From Sporopachydermia quercuum (lineage: Eukaryota): 64,000 bases of DNA. Made by a program: the position numbers and the translations under genes. Below, piece by piece: positions 37,697-49,849 of the stretch. The notes under the pieces were generated by a model. The model saw only the letters and a list, made by a program, of their open reading frames with translations. It was not told the origin of the DNA and did no database searches. How positions within the stretch are numbered: the stretch's first letter is position 1; every line of letters starts with the position of its first letter. The stretch spans positions 62,001-126,000 of the forward strand of contig BCGN01000001.1 of the NCBI GenBank assembly GCA_001599295.1. Direction: 5' to 3'.

Positions 37697-40600
37697 GAAA
37701 AAAGAAACCATGAATAAAAATAGACCTTTGCTTGATGTTTGCTTTATCTCGGTAGGTTGATTGCATGAAGTTCTTAACATCTCTCATTGTTAATAAGAAT
37801 TACCTATCAACGAACCAAACAGTTGAAATTGATTATGTAAACAAATACATATGTAACTTTGTGGGAAGAGATACCCAATTTTTCAATTATACTTCCTAAT
37901 TAGTTACTGAAACTGAAGATTAACCGAATTCAGTAAAGTAATTGATGATTTCAGAAAGAATTTCGAAAGCTTGGACTAACTTTATTTCACCTCTTCTTTT
38001 TTAGTTTAGCTGAATGAATGGATTTACCTACTTAAATATAAACTAGCAACTCAATCATATAACTTGAAGTATGTGGTTGAAACACTTTAGGAAACTATTG
38101 AAATGGTACATAAAACATTTTGTATTAACGTGACTATTGGAAGTTGCACGTATCATCCTCTACTTAGGCAACTATATGATTGACACTATGAATTCTATTT
38201 CGAGTAATTCTATCACAGCTTTCTAAAGACTTATCGTCGTATATTCAAATACCTCTTTCCAGGTCTAATGATAATCTAATTTAAACTATTATTATCCAAA
38301 CTCATTCAAAGCTTTCAGCATTTTTCTGTTCCTCTCGATAGTCTTGCAATATCCGAACAATCAACTACCTAAATGTCCGGTCTTGTGAGGTTGTGCTCTC
38401 TACCTTTATGTTCTTAATTGAGTCCTTACACTCAGTCGCCCTGCACAGGGTGCAGGTGTTGTCCGAATAACCTTCACTCATATGTTGACTATACACTGTC
38501 TACGAAATCCTCACAATCAATCAACAGAAATAATCAAACGATGTCATATATTAATATATCATGCTAGATGAAATTTTAAACTTGGTAGAACTACGTTTCA
38601 AGAGTGAAAAGAGAACAAGAACACGCGTTTCATCGTGAGCACTTTGTCCCATTCACGATGAATCTACCTCCCCTCTTGTACTCAATTCCGGGTTCACATG
38701 TCAACTCTGCTCAAGTAGGAATATCTTTGTCTTGAAAAATCTGTCAAGTCATGATAATGAACTGTCCGTCCTGTCATGTAGGGTCAAACACACATCTAAC
38801 TCAACGATTCTCAATTTTCCTTCTAGATTCGTTTGAGATGTCCAGGACAAGTTTCCTATGATATTTAAACAAACAACAGAAGCTTAAATCGTATTGGTAC
38901 TCACATGCTACGATTTTTGAATAAAAGCAAGTAGCTTATGACGGAATACAAGAACGGAAGATTTGTTGTCAGTTGGCATGTAAAAATAGGGAACTAAAAA
39001 AGTGAAAATATCAGACTGTAACAATCATTAGATTATAAGTATAATAAATAGGTTACTGTTTCGTGGTTCAACTATAATTCTAACATGAAAGCCCCGAAAC
39101 TGACAAATAACGAAAATTGTTTTCAAAAGAATGACACAAAGTTTTAAGCCAATCATGTAGATAATGTGTTCATATCTACTATCTTCCCACTGGAACTAAT
39201 AATCATATATTATCCCAACTCCAGCTCCAGCTGGAACTTATNCCGAATACTAAACTTCTTCTATTGGAAATTGCTTGAAACAATATGCTTGTCAGTCCTT
39301 TCCCAATCAACGGTCATTAACCATAAATATACCATATACTCACACTGGCATACAACACATACTTCAGCCATACTCAACGGACAAGCCTCATTCATCGGGC
39401 CGATCGATCGTATGGCGGACAAATCGATCCTAAATTGCAACTAACTAATGTATTGATTGTATGTAGTAATTTCATATCCACCTGTCAACATTGTTCGATA
39501 GTTTATATAATGATAATAATATTTAGTGAGAAAATAATTAGACAAGTCGTGTTTTGATTATAGATCTGTCCAGAATAGATTTGGATTATTTATACACATT
39601 AATGGAAGAAGGCAAATCGGACGAAATTGCTTCAGTAGCTTACTGGAGGCTAACAATTAGAAAAGAAAGAAATTATTTCATTTGAAAGTATCATAGATAC
39701 ATTGCAGTTAGCGTAGTTGCTACTTTCTGTATGGAATAATAACTCATTCGTACTGCTAGATGAATTTGATGGATTTGATTCAGGCTTGAGAGGTACACTT
39801 TATCGATGAAATGTAATGCCTTCCAATTGGAATTAACCTTCATTTTCATGATTACTTGACGCTCTGATTACTCCATGCAATGCCAATAGCCTGTCCTGTG
39901 TCTATTGTACGTAGCTGCATCGTTTGATCTGTATGATAGTCTGTCTAGGATAGGTGGACCGAATTGGTTGTCATAGAAAATGATGGATCACTAAAGATTG
40001 TCCTGAAGGGTTTTCTGGATGAGATACTCGATGGGGTCTGGGGACTCAATGTCTTATTGATGCTGAGCTGAGTTTGCGTGGTTGGAGACAGATCGTAGCA
40101 ATAAATAATACAAGAGATAGTTACTGATCTTTTGGTAGTAAGGACGAAGTACTGTGAATTAGATAGATCTGATGTAGCTATGGAATAATTTCGAAAAATT
40201 GAAATGGTTAAATGGATTAGAATTGTAGTGGTACCAGTAGTATGATAGTACCAGTAGGACTTAAGAGAACATTCTTGATACTTGTCTTTCTGGACAGCTG
40301 GTAAGAAAGGACATGACATTAATCTGTCATATGATCTAATCAATCTCTTCTCCTTGTCCGGAAAAATATTGGCAGGGCAATTGTTTCATTCTTTCTTTCA
40401 ATCGCTTCGTACTGGACTGAAAAGTTGTTACATTATAGTAACCTCTGTTACCTGGGGAAAGAGCTTATTATTTTATAAAAATAGCTCTCTATACACTTTC
40501 ACTCATGCTATGATTTAACCGCATATTAAGATTCTTTCTGTATTAACATCCACAAATATAATCCATTTTCTTAATGGACAATCAAATTGTGGTTTAGTCG

Positions 40601-42757
40601 CAAACATCTACTCAGTATACTGATATATGATGAAGTATATAGATAGACATAGTTGTAACAAATAATAATCATATTTCTTTCTATACTTTTGCTATTCATT
40701 AGTATATCACAAAGGAACGTATGGTTCTTGTCTTTTCTTTGATTGGTGATTTATATTAGAGGATTTGCAAGTTATTGAAGACCGTAGCTTGGTAGAATAT
40801 CATCCTTTGTCTGCACACCTTTCAGAGGATCAAATAGCAAGAGCTAGATCAAAGGATACAGATGTCCCTACTGAGTTACTGTAGTATCTTGCTTGTTAGA
40901 TAGACGAAAATTCATGACTGGACCATATTCACTGTATTTTCTGATTTAGAGCTGGCTGAGAATCAATCCAAACGACCTTTCTTAGTATTAAAAAACTAGT
41001 GCGTCTGCTCAATTACTATTGTCCCTTGATCAGTTGAGAATCTTTGCTACTGGTAAGCCATTGAAATAGACAGAGGCTCATTGATATAACAATTCTAGTA
41101 GCTCTTTAATGAAACTGAGCATACACTAATACTCGACTCATGATTAAATTATTCAATAAGTAAGTATCACCTTTGAATCTATACAATTGGTATGTGCTAT
41201 GATTGATTAATGAGATGATTCGGGTCTATACTCAGTATGAGATAGATAAAATGAGGGACAAGCGGTTGATGTATTTCCAACCGTTTGATCCTGTTTTTCA
41301 TGAATTCAGTACGTTTCTTTAATTAGGGATCTCTTTTTATTTTCAAGTCGTTTTACGTTATTCTATCATGCCTTGTTGCCATTTACTGTTTGTCCCTACT
41401 ATCTACACATCTTCTCCTTATAACGTTGAAGATCAGATCAATAGGGTCTTCATTTCTCCATACCACAGCTCTTTTTCATTTTCATCCAAATCAACTCACT
41501 ATCCCCAAACACATTCAACGTGTTCTTCAATCTTTCTGTCTCCAAAAGTACCAAGCAATACCCTCCTGTTATACCTCCTATCGATTATCATTTCTATATC
41601 TCCCTTGCTATCTCATGGCTACTTATCAACTGTGCTCAATCAACTCAACTGTCCGTTGCCTATGTCCTACGAGTCTTTATGACAAAGCCACAAACTCAAC
41701 TCAACCGATTCACAAAATCACCCCCACCTACAATCGTTCTCAGTACTGGACTGTGACTCAAGACAAACCCTCGAATGGGACAGTCCAGGTCAGGTCCATC
41801 GGTATGTCTCGACAAGTAATAAAATGATTCCTTTGGTTCTGTCTTTCCGTTCTTATGAAAAGCCCTTTTTTCTTCCTTCGAAAAAAAAAAGAATCATAAT
41901 CATTTACTTGATTCTCATTATGTTTTTCTTACCCTTAAGATAAGCACTTTTGTTTGTTGTTATACAAGTGGGACAATATCATAATCAAACCGTCATTGAA
42001 GTTAATCAGTAGTTATTAGTTGATTGGTTAGTTAGTTGATTGATTCATAGGCTATACTCATTATAGTCTATAATTTACTGCTACTGTCCTATCTACTCAA
42101 CAGGCGAAGAAGAGCTTTTCAGCCACTACTTACTATACAGACAATCACTATTGCTGTAGTGTAGTGTATCGTACTGTATTGTGGTTGAACTGTATTGACA
42201 ATCCAATCAAATGAATAAGAATCTGCTGATTTTGTTTATTTGATTTGATTTTGATTATAGTTTTGTTGTCTTGCATCATTTGATTAATAACCATTGGTTC
42301 AGTTGAGTTGAGTTGGACTGTTGATTGGCTTTTCACAGCATTTACATTTTCATTTGCATATCTTATTTCTGTTTATCTGTCATTATTAATTTCTTGCTTG
42401 CTGGGTTGTTGGTTGGGCTTCTTTCATTGTATTTTCGTATTTTTCCATATTCTCATTAATTCGACGTCAAACTTGGGAAAGACTTCTTACTAGCAAATGC
42501 TATTATCCTTGTGATTGATCTACTGCCACTATTGCGTTGGTCGCACATCCGGATTGCATTTTGCTAACTGTATTATTATTATATTATTATCTCGTCTTCT
42601 CTTATTACTTCATTGTACACCATATTAGTGCTTTTGTTGGTTAGGTCTGGATCAACATATCTTTTATCTAAAGGCATTGTATATGCATGTTAAAGTTCAA
42701 GTTCAATACTAACNAACTACCTGCTGAAGCTATTACTCATTAGGAGATAATGAAACT

Positions 42758-45700
42758 ATGGCAGACTTCTTTGAATCATCGAACGAATATCTGAAAACTA
42801 TGAACGCTGGAAACGACTTAATGGTCCTCCCTGATGGATCACATGATTCAAGCAATATATCAGGGCCCCCTTCAGTGTCGGGATCAAGGTCCAATGCTTT
42901 TGGTTCAAGCAAATTATCACCAAACCATCAAAACACCTCTTCTATTGGTAGCACTGACATCTCGATCTCCGAACCATTGACTCCTCCTGAAATGAGAGAC
43001 TATTCCACTACATCTATCCCATCAAATGACTACATGGCTACTCCTTTATCAGATGGTTCAAACTTTCAACCTTCACGACATCATGGCATTGGCTCTCCTT
43101 CTATTGGAAAAGAGTCATCTTTAGTGAATTCTACTACTACCTCGGGTTCAAGGCTTAGTTCTGTCTTGACTTCGAATTCTGTTTGGAGCATGCCAATGAC
43201 AAACTCCTCTGTACCTGGTTCTGGTTTCCCTATCACCGAAGGAACATTTCCATCAGGCATAAAATCTCCTTTACTAGGCAATGCAGTGACATCTTCTAAA
43301 CGTTCAGATACTCGTTTAGATCGTCTGGGAGTGGATTTCTCTTCTTTACACATAAATTCTGAAAACGATATTATGAACAACTATCGTTCCAACAAATCAG
43401 TTTTCCCTGGTGCTGATTCATTGGCCTTATCATCTCCAATGCAATATTCTGGTAAAAATCATAGCAATACCGGTGCTGGTAGTGCTTCTGCAGCTCCAGC
43501 TACTTCTGCCGGACATGTGTCTACCAGCCAAACGTCTCCCGTGAGCTCGCTGGCTGGAACTCCTGGGCATTATATCGATGCTTCTCAACCTGCTACACCT
43601 ATCAGCTCCTACTCTCTAGGTGGAGCTACCAATAACCGGCGCTACAGAGATGCTACCTCCGGATCATCAAGCTGGTCCGAAATGTCTAATCAAGGACAGC
43701 CAGTAGATGGGTTTATTGTTGGAAACCCCAATGCGAATGGTTATAGCGCTCGAAATAGTCTCTCGGGACACCAACATTCTACTTCTGACGTTGCAGGTCT
43801 AAGCATTGAATCGTTCAGACAAGATCGTCAGGACTCTTCCGTGTCATTGAACAACGCCGATTACTATCCAAGAGCTATTGGTCAACAGAACAGATCTAAC
43901 CATAGAATGAACTCTTCTTTATCTAAAATTGATTATAATGGTGTTATTCCTCAAGTAGGATTAAATGATCACTACCAATCCACAGGACATAGCAATACGA
44001 ATAGCAACAACTCGGGCAAGGCTTCTGACGATCATCGGGACAGAATCTCCGGTCCAAACAGAAATATCTCTAACAACAACAACCGTGAAAGAAAATTGTC
44101 TCAGAATGCTAAGGCAAACTCAAACAACAATAACAGAAGATATAGTGAACGTGAGTTCGCAAGATTAGCATCGGTACCTTTAGCGACATTAGCTAATGAC
44201 ATTCCAGCGTTATGTACGGATCAACATGGCTGTAGGTTCCTACAAAAGAAGTTGGAAGAAGGCAACAAGGCAGATGTAGATTTGGTATTTTCTCATACTT
44301 ATCAACACGTTGTTGAGCTTATGATGGATCCTTTTGGCAACTATCTCTGCCAGAAGCTGCTAGAGTTTGCCAGTGAATCCCAAAGAACTATATTAGTACG
44401 TACAGCTGCCCCAGAAATGGTGAAGATTGCTTTGAATCAACATGGCACTAGGGCATTACAGAAAATGATTGAATTTGTTTCCACACCTGAACAAGTTCAA
44501 TTGATTGTCGATGCCTTGAAGTCAAATGTTGTTGTTCTTATCAAGGACTTGAATGGTAATCATGTGATCCAAAAGTGCCTCAACCGTCTTTCAGCCAAAG
44601 ATTCTCAGTTTATTTTTGATGCTGTTAGTGCCAATTGCGTTACTGTTGGTAGTCATCGTCATGGTTGTTGCGTATTGCAAAGGTGCATAGACCATGCTTC
44701 TCTCAACCAAAAGAAACAGTTGATCAACGAAATCGTTGCCAACGCTTTGACTTTAGTTCAAGATCCTTTCGGTAACTACGTGACTCAATACGTATTAGAC
44801 CTCAATGAATATCAATTTTCTTACCCTTTGATGGAGAAATTTTTGGGGCATATTTGCTTTCTGTCTATGCAAAAGTTTTCATCGAACGTTATTGAGAAAT
44901 GTCTTAGAATCTCTGCTAACACTGAACAATGTAATTTGATGGTTGAAGAGCTAATTGTATCTAACCAATTAGAAACGTTGTTGAGAGACTCATATGCAAA
45001 TTATGTTATTCAAACGGCCCTTGATTATGCTGATGATAGTGCTAAGCGTCGTTTGGTAGAAGCAATGAAACCTATAGTTCATGCTATAAGATCTACACCT
45101 TATGGAAGACGTATTCAGTCGAAGATTGTCTCTTTAAGCTTAGATGATATTGATGACAATGCCGAAAGTAGTATTAATGATCAGAGTAATACCGATTCTC
45201 ATGGGTCATTAGCTTCCAATACTGGCTCTGGAGATAAAATCAATTCTTCTGGGTTCAATGGTAAAGAAGCATCAACCTTATCAAGTGGCAGGCAAAGAAA
45301 CAAGAATGAAGACACCCGTGGGGATGTAAATAACGTGGAAGTGTTCCGGGGAGGACCATCTAAGGGCCAACCAGCACCATCCGGACAACAATCTGATTTA
45401 TTGATACGCAGTAATAACCATGGAATTGTTGATTATAACAGTAGGCCTCCTATGGCTGTGTATGATGGTAATCCTCCAAACAATAATATTCCAATGAACA
45501 TTCCTGTCAATATGAATGGTATGAATATGGGAATGAACATGGCTAATATGAACATGGGGATGAACATGGCTAATATGGGTATGAACATGAATATGGGAAT
45601 GAATATGAATTATATGAACAACATGGGTTTGAACATGGGTTTGAACAATCATCAAATGAATGGAGGAATGAACCCTGTCATGGACTCTGGATTCAATTCT

Positions 45701-45844
45701 AACACTAACCAAGCGCCTGTTCATCCTAATATGAAAATGGATATGGGAATGTATGGTAATAATGGCATGGCTATGAACAATTATGGACCTCCTCATACTG
45801 GAATGGAAAATCCTGGTCGATACAACAACTATCAATATATGTAA
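42758..45844 (+). CDS. PUF4: Pumilio-family RNA-binding protein, Puf4/Puf5(Mpt5) clade; probably has an upstream exon
   Basis: Eight PUF repeats with recognition residues CRQ, NYQ, TRQ, NHQ, CCQ, NYQ, SNE, NYQ. Ser-rich N-terminus and Met/Asn/Gly-rich C-terminus. Confidence 0.85.
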   Translation: MADFFESSNEYLKTMNAGNDLMVLPDGSHDSSNISGPPSVSGSRSNAFGSSKLSPNHQNTSSIGSTDISISEPLTPPEMRDYSTTSIPSNDYMATPLSDGSNFQPSRHHGIGSPSIGKESSLVNSTTTSGSRLSSVLTSNSVWSMPMTNSSVPGSGFPITEGTFPSGIKSPLLGNAVTSSKRSDTRLDRLGVDFSSLHINSENDIMNNYRSNKSVFPGADSLALSSPMQYSGKNHSNTGAGSASAAPATSAGHVSTSQTSPVSSLAGTPGHYIDASQPATPISSYSLGGATNNRRYRDATSGSSSWSEMSNQGQPVDGFIVGNPNANGYSARNSLSGHQHSTSDVAGLSIESFRQDRQDSSVSLNNADYYPRAIGQQNRSNHRMNSSLSKIDYNGVIPQVGLNDHYQSTGHSNTNSNNSGKASDDHRDRISGPNRNISNNNNRERKLSQNAKANSNNNNRRYSEREFARLASVPLATLANDIPALCTDQHGCRFLQKKLEEGNKADVDLVFSHTYQHVVELMMDPFGNYLCQKLLEFASESQRTILVRTAAPEMVKIALNQHGTRALQKMIEFVSTPEQVQLIVDALKSNVVVLIKDLNGNHVIQKCLNRLSAKDSQFIFDAVSANCVTVGSHRHGCCVLQRCIDHASLNQKKQLINEIVANALTLVQDPFGNYVTQYVLDLNEYQFSYPLMEKFLGHICFLSMQKFSSNVIEKCLRISANTEQCNLMVEELIVSNQLETLLRDSYANYVIQTALDYADDSAKRRLVEAMKPIVHAIRSTPYGRRIQSKIVSLSLDDIDDNAESSINDQSNTDSHGSLASNTGSGDKINSSGFNGKEASTLSSGRQRNKNEDTRGDVNNVEVFRGGPSKGQPAPSGQQSDLLIRSNNHGIVDYNSRPPMAVYDGNPPNNNIPMNIPVNMNGMNMGMNMANMNMGMNMANMGMNMNMGMNMNYMNNMGLNMGLNNHQMNGGMNPVMDSGFNSNTNQAPVHPNMKMDMGMYGNNGMAMNNYGPPHTGMENPGRYNNYQYM
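45492..45672 (+). repeat. Coding low-complexity repeat (ATGAAY/ATGGGN units) encoding MNMG/MANM
   Basis: MNGMNMGMNMANMNMGMNMANMGMNMNMGMNMNYMNNMGLNMGLNN is visible in both the translation and the DNA. Confidence 0.85.
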
Positions 45845-47015
45845 GAGCATCGTTGGGATGTATGGGAGATGAGTTTACTGTGATGTTAACATAGCAACAG
45901 CAGATGAGTTACGTGCTCTTTGTTGATCTATTAATTGTTTTTCAAGAAAATGGACAACCATCGTTCTGTTTTCTTTTGTATTTTTTATGTTTTATTCTTA
46001 ATTCTTGGATGATAGCCTCGGGTGTGTGACTTGGACAGCCCTGTGTATTTATGCTTGTTCCCTTGATCATTTACATTAGGGATTCAAGATATCTCTTGTA
46101 TTTATCTTTGTATTCTATTTATTGCTATCTCTATACGACTAAAGAACGTAATTGCTAATGAGAATGTTGTGTTGATTGTAGTTATCGTGGTAAGTGTCAA
46201 GTGAATTCCAGTGAACCTACTTCGGAAAATTGTAACGGTAGCATGAAAGTAATAGCCTATTCTGTTTACAAGTATTATTATACTGTTTCATCAGGGATGA
46301 TTTGTTTTCATGAATGATCATCACTTTCGTATGGTAGCTTTGCCTTCCATCATTTGGACAAATGCTCTCTCTTATTGGTTCAACTATAATGATAATGTCA
46401 AACAAGTAATCACATGAGGCAGTTGAGGTCTCAACTCATGATACTTTCTTTTCACTTTTCAGGTGATGAGAATGGAATTTTTCACTTATATTTCCTTTTT
46501 GGGAATAGAATAAATAGTAAATTTCTCATACAAATCAAAAAATTTGACGTGTTTGATGTCTCGGGACGCGTCTGATTCGTGTTTGATTGTCCGGTTAAGT
46601 CAGTTATCTGTAATGGACAACGTTGAAGTGAGATGTATGGTATGAATGGTGGATGAATGGAATGAATATTGTTATATTCATTGACAATTTGATTTGGTAG
46701 ACTGATAAATCAACGAATAAGATAAGAAGGTATACTAATTAATAGAAAGTGTTTTCTTCAGTAGGTAAAATTTTTCGCGTCATAGTTTACATGTTGCAAG
46801 AAGTTGTTTTCCGTTAGCTTATTCAAACGTTAGATCGTAAATAATGAGTGTATGAAAAATTGACTCTCAATCCATTGGGAACAGAACAAGAATAGATTTT
46901 AGTATTTGAAACAATGAATAATTATCTGGATATAAAAATCTTGCATTATGGAGTTCTAAAGTAATGAAGAGTCAAAAAGCAAAAAGAATAATTTAAAACA
47001 AAGGAAAAAAANTAA

Positions 47016-47098
47016 TGACAACCCTGGGATTCGAACCCAGGCCTCCGAAGAGATCAGGACCTTAACCTGACGCCTTAGACCAACTCGGCCAGATTGCC
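47016..47098 (-). tRNA. tRNA-Leu, anticodon AAG (IAG), intronless
   Basis: Reverse complement is GGCAATCTGGCCGAGTTGGTCTAAGGCGTCAGGTTAAGGTCCTGATCTCTTCGGAGGCCTGGGTTCGAATCCCAGGGTTGTCA. It has an A box, anticodon stem TCAGG/CCTGA with loop TTAAGGT, a long variable arm, a GGTTCGAATCC B box and a downstream T-run terminator (~47005-47011). Confidence 0.96.
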
Positions 47099-48199
47099 GG
47101 TATGTGAGNNAGTTGAAATGTTTTCATTTATATACTTCTGAATAACAGCTAATATTGTTAGACGCGTTTAGAACCAGATTCACATGAAAAGCTCCTTAAT
47201 TAAGGGCAACTAATGAAAATATAATTAACTGATTACTATGCTAAAGTAAACTTATTTTGCTTATAGATGATGTATCGAAAGAGCATGCAGAGTCATCAAC
47301 TACTGACCAACGGCATGAACAGACAGCAGGCCAAATCAGTAAAACCCGCGACATATTTTCTTTCTTTGATTTAATGATTTCCTCCCAATTCATGAAACCT
47401 TACCTTGTTGAAATAATAGTGGTATGCATTTAGAGATTGTTGGAATATCAATACATATAATTCATCACAAAAGTATCATCTAGTCATTTGGATTTTTCCT
47501 ATCATATGTTGATGAAAAAAGCAATTGAATATAGTTAGATCCCAAGTTAAAACATTCAGTAACTTGACAACCCTTAATAATTCGTTACGAGATGCTGAAA
47601 GAAATCTTGTACCATAAAAATGCTGTCTTGTTCTGATTAGGAACCTCAAATATATTCATTACTAGAACATTTATTCAATTAGAGATGTGTTCAGTTCGTT
47701 AAATAGATGAAGAAATGAGAGCACAGAACTTCTAAAGTTAAGGTTTGCAATTGAAATTTAAGATTAAGACATACGGAGAAATTTACGCCAGGTATGTATT
47801 CTGCTCCAATTTTCTTTAACTTTTCTAATGAGAATGAACTATATATATCGTAACAATACAGCCATATATAAACGGTCAATAGACATATAGTTTATTGAAA
47901 AAGGTGTATCAACAATAATGTTCATGATGTTAAATAGTGAATTCTAGTCCATCCTCGATCTGATCAGTGCTAACGGTGGTGCAGTTTTAGTCATAAGGTA
48001 TCTTCGTTCGGATTAAGCTATATCATTGTTAATGACAAAAGGTCTCACGGGAACACTCAGAAATTGAAAATATAAAGATTCGAAAGCTTTCATAAATAAA
48101 TACGCAGATGAAATAGAGTGAAATATTGAAATGTTCTTTTCAGCCCTTCAAATTCTCACAAATCTGTCAAACAATAATGCTAAACAAGAAAATATCCCT

Positions 48200-49303
48200 T
48201 TATATTCTTTGTCGCTTTTTTGTTCTATCCCACACACTTGATGACTTATTCTTTCTCGATGTTGACTTCTTGATATGATCATTGTCATAATTGAGAACGT
48301 TCCAATCTTCCCCAAAGAAAGTATCGTTCTGTCGTTTACGTAGACGTGCATTCTCCTTCTTCTTGGATTCACCAGGCAAACGAACAAAGTTGGATTCTTC
48401 GTATCGTTGAATTTCTTTCTCCTTCTTTCTATCAGCTTCCGTCTTCGAACCAAATTTACCACGAGCAAGAATATTGCTTCCAATAGATGGTTCTGCCAAA
48501 GGAATACCAGAGCTTTCTTGCAAATATTCTTCCATGGCGGCCACCTTCCTTCTTCTTGTAGATTTAGCTTTATCAATCTTATCTGGATCAACATTATATT
48601 TAACAGCAGATATTTTAGGTGGTTTATATTTCTCAACTTTACCAGTCCTCTCAGATGCTTTATCACCCTCATCTTCAGATTCTTCATATCTATGTATCTT
48701 AGCTTTTGGTGGTTTTTTCGTTGTTGATACTAAACTCAATGGGTTAGGTCTATAAGCTAAAGCATCCTCAACTTCACTATCACTATCACTACCACTCCGG
48801 TTTTCATTACCACTATTACTTGCAGCTTCTTTTCCGAAATTTCCATCATTTTCTTCATCAGGGACAGATCCTTTAATGGCCTCATTTTCTTGGTGATTCT
48901 CTTCGTCAGCTTTAACTTTCAAATATGACTTAACCATCTTATCAATCTGATATGATACTCTTGACTCCAAACCTTTGATACCTCTTTCTAGTGTCACCCT
49001 TTGTGTGATTGTCCCCATAATAGCTTTTCTTCTCAGTTCTTCTAATTTTCTCATCTCAACACCATCTTTTCCATCTCCTTTCTCTGACCTTTCTAGCTGT
49101 GCCAACACCACTATTATCAGATTATGTAAGTATGACAGCAAGGCATTATTTTTCAGTGCAAACAAAGAAATTCCCTCTTCTTCTTTGTGACTTTCATCCT
49201 CAAGAAAAGCATCTGGTCCCAGTTCAAATTCTTTCTTAGCTTTCTTCACAGCTGCTACCGTCTCACCCGATGCTGATACTATTGTCTTCAGTATTTCATC
49301 CAT
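48200..49303 (-). CDS. LCP5: U3 snoRNP/SSU processome protein Lcp5 (neuroguidin family)
   Basis: EGISLFALKNNALLSYL, TLERGIKGLESRVSYQIDKMV, LAYRPNP, KYKPPKI and RYEESNFVRLP motifs. Divergent from NSA2. Confidence 0.92.
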   Translation of the reverse strand: MDEILKTIVSASGETVAAVKKAKKEFELGPDAFLEDESHKEEEGISLFALKNNALLSYLHNLIIVVLAQLERSEKGDGKDGVEMRKLEELRRKAIMGTITQRVTLERGIKGLESRVSYQIDKMVKSYLKVKADEENHQENEAIKGSVPDEENDGNFGKEAASNSGNENRSGSDSDSEVEDALAYRPNPLSLVSTTKKPPKAKIHRYEESEDEGDKASERTGKVEKYKPPKISAVKYNVDPDKIDKAKSTRRRKVAAMEEYLQESSGIPLAEPSIGSNILARGKFGSKTEADRKKEKEIQRYEESNFVRLPGESKKKENARLRKRQNDTFFGEDWNVLNYDNDHIKKSTSRKNKSSSVWDRTKKRQRI

Positions 49304-49609
49304 TCTGATGTATATTTACTTTCTGAAAAACAACCAATAATTTCTATTTTTCTAGTTTTACACTCGTACTGCCACCAAACCAACATCAACATTCACCGAG
49401 AGGTTCTTAACGATTATTCTCACTCCAAATTGTATATCCCTCGATGCCATTTTCTTCAAACCATACATTGAAAAATGTGATAAGAGAAAAAAATGTTTTC
49501 TATGTACATGTGAAACACACTCAAATTAGGAAGCTAAAATTCTTTCTCTTGCCAACTCTGTAGACCCTAAAGAGAATATGGGGGTTGGGTGTATGTTTTG
49601 TGACATAGA

Positions 49610-49642
49610 TAAAATTTTTTTGATTTGTGTTAGATAGATGAG
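49610..49642 (+). promoter_or_regulatory. RRPE-like (AAAATTTTTT) plus PAC core (GATGAG) in the LCP5/NSA2 divergent promoter
   Basis: AAAATTTTTT at 49611-49620 and GATGAG at 49637-49642, about 210 bp upstream of the NSA2 ATG, in the usual RRPE-then-PAC order. Confidence 0.6.
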
Positions 49643-49849
49643 TGAGATTGTGTAACGCACTACTTACTATGTTTTGGTTCTAGTTATGAAAGATATAGAA
49701 CTATAGAACGATAGAAAAAAAGAAGCGGCTATTTCTACTGTAGATCAATTGGAAGGGCAGCTGGAATCGAAGAGAATTCTAGGTTGGTGATTGTTTGGAA
49801 TTGAATAAGGGAAGAAAGCAAGGCTAAAGGACCAAGAATCTGTTTCACA

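Noticed and set aside
39945..40343. 132-aa minus-strand ORF in the PUF upstream region
   Set aside because: No AUG at the listed start, no motif and no splice support.
45398..45850. His/Ile-rich 150-aa antisense ORF
   Set aside because: Reverse complement of the ATG-AAY repeat in the PUF gene.
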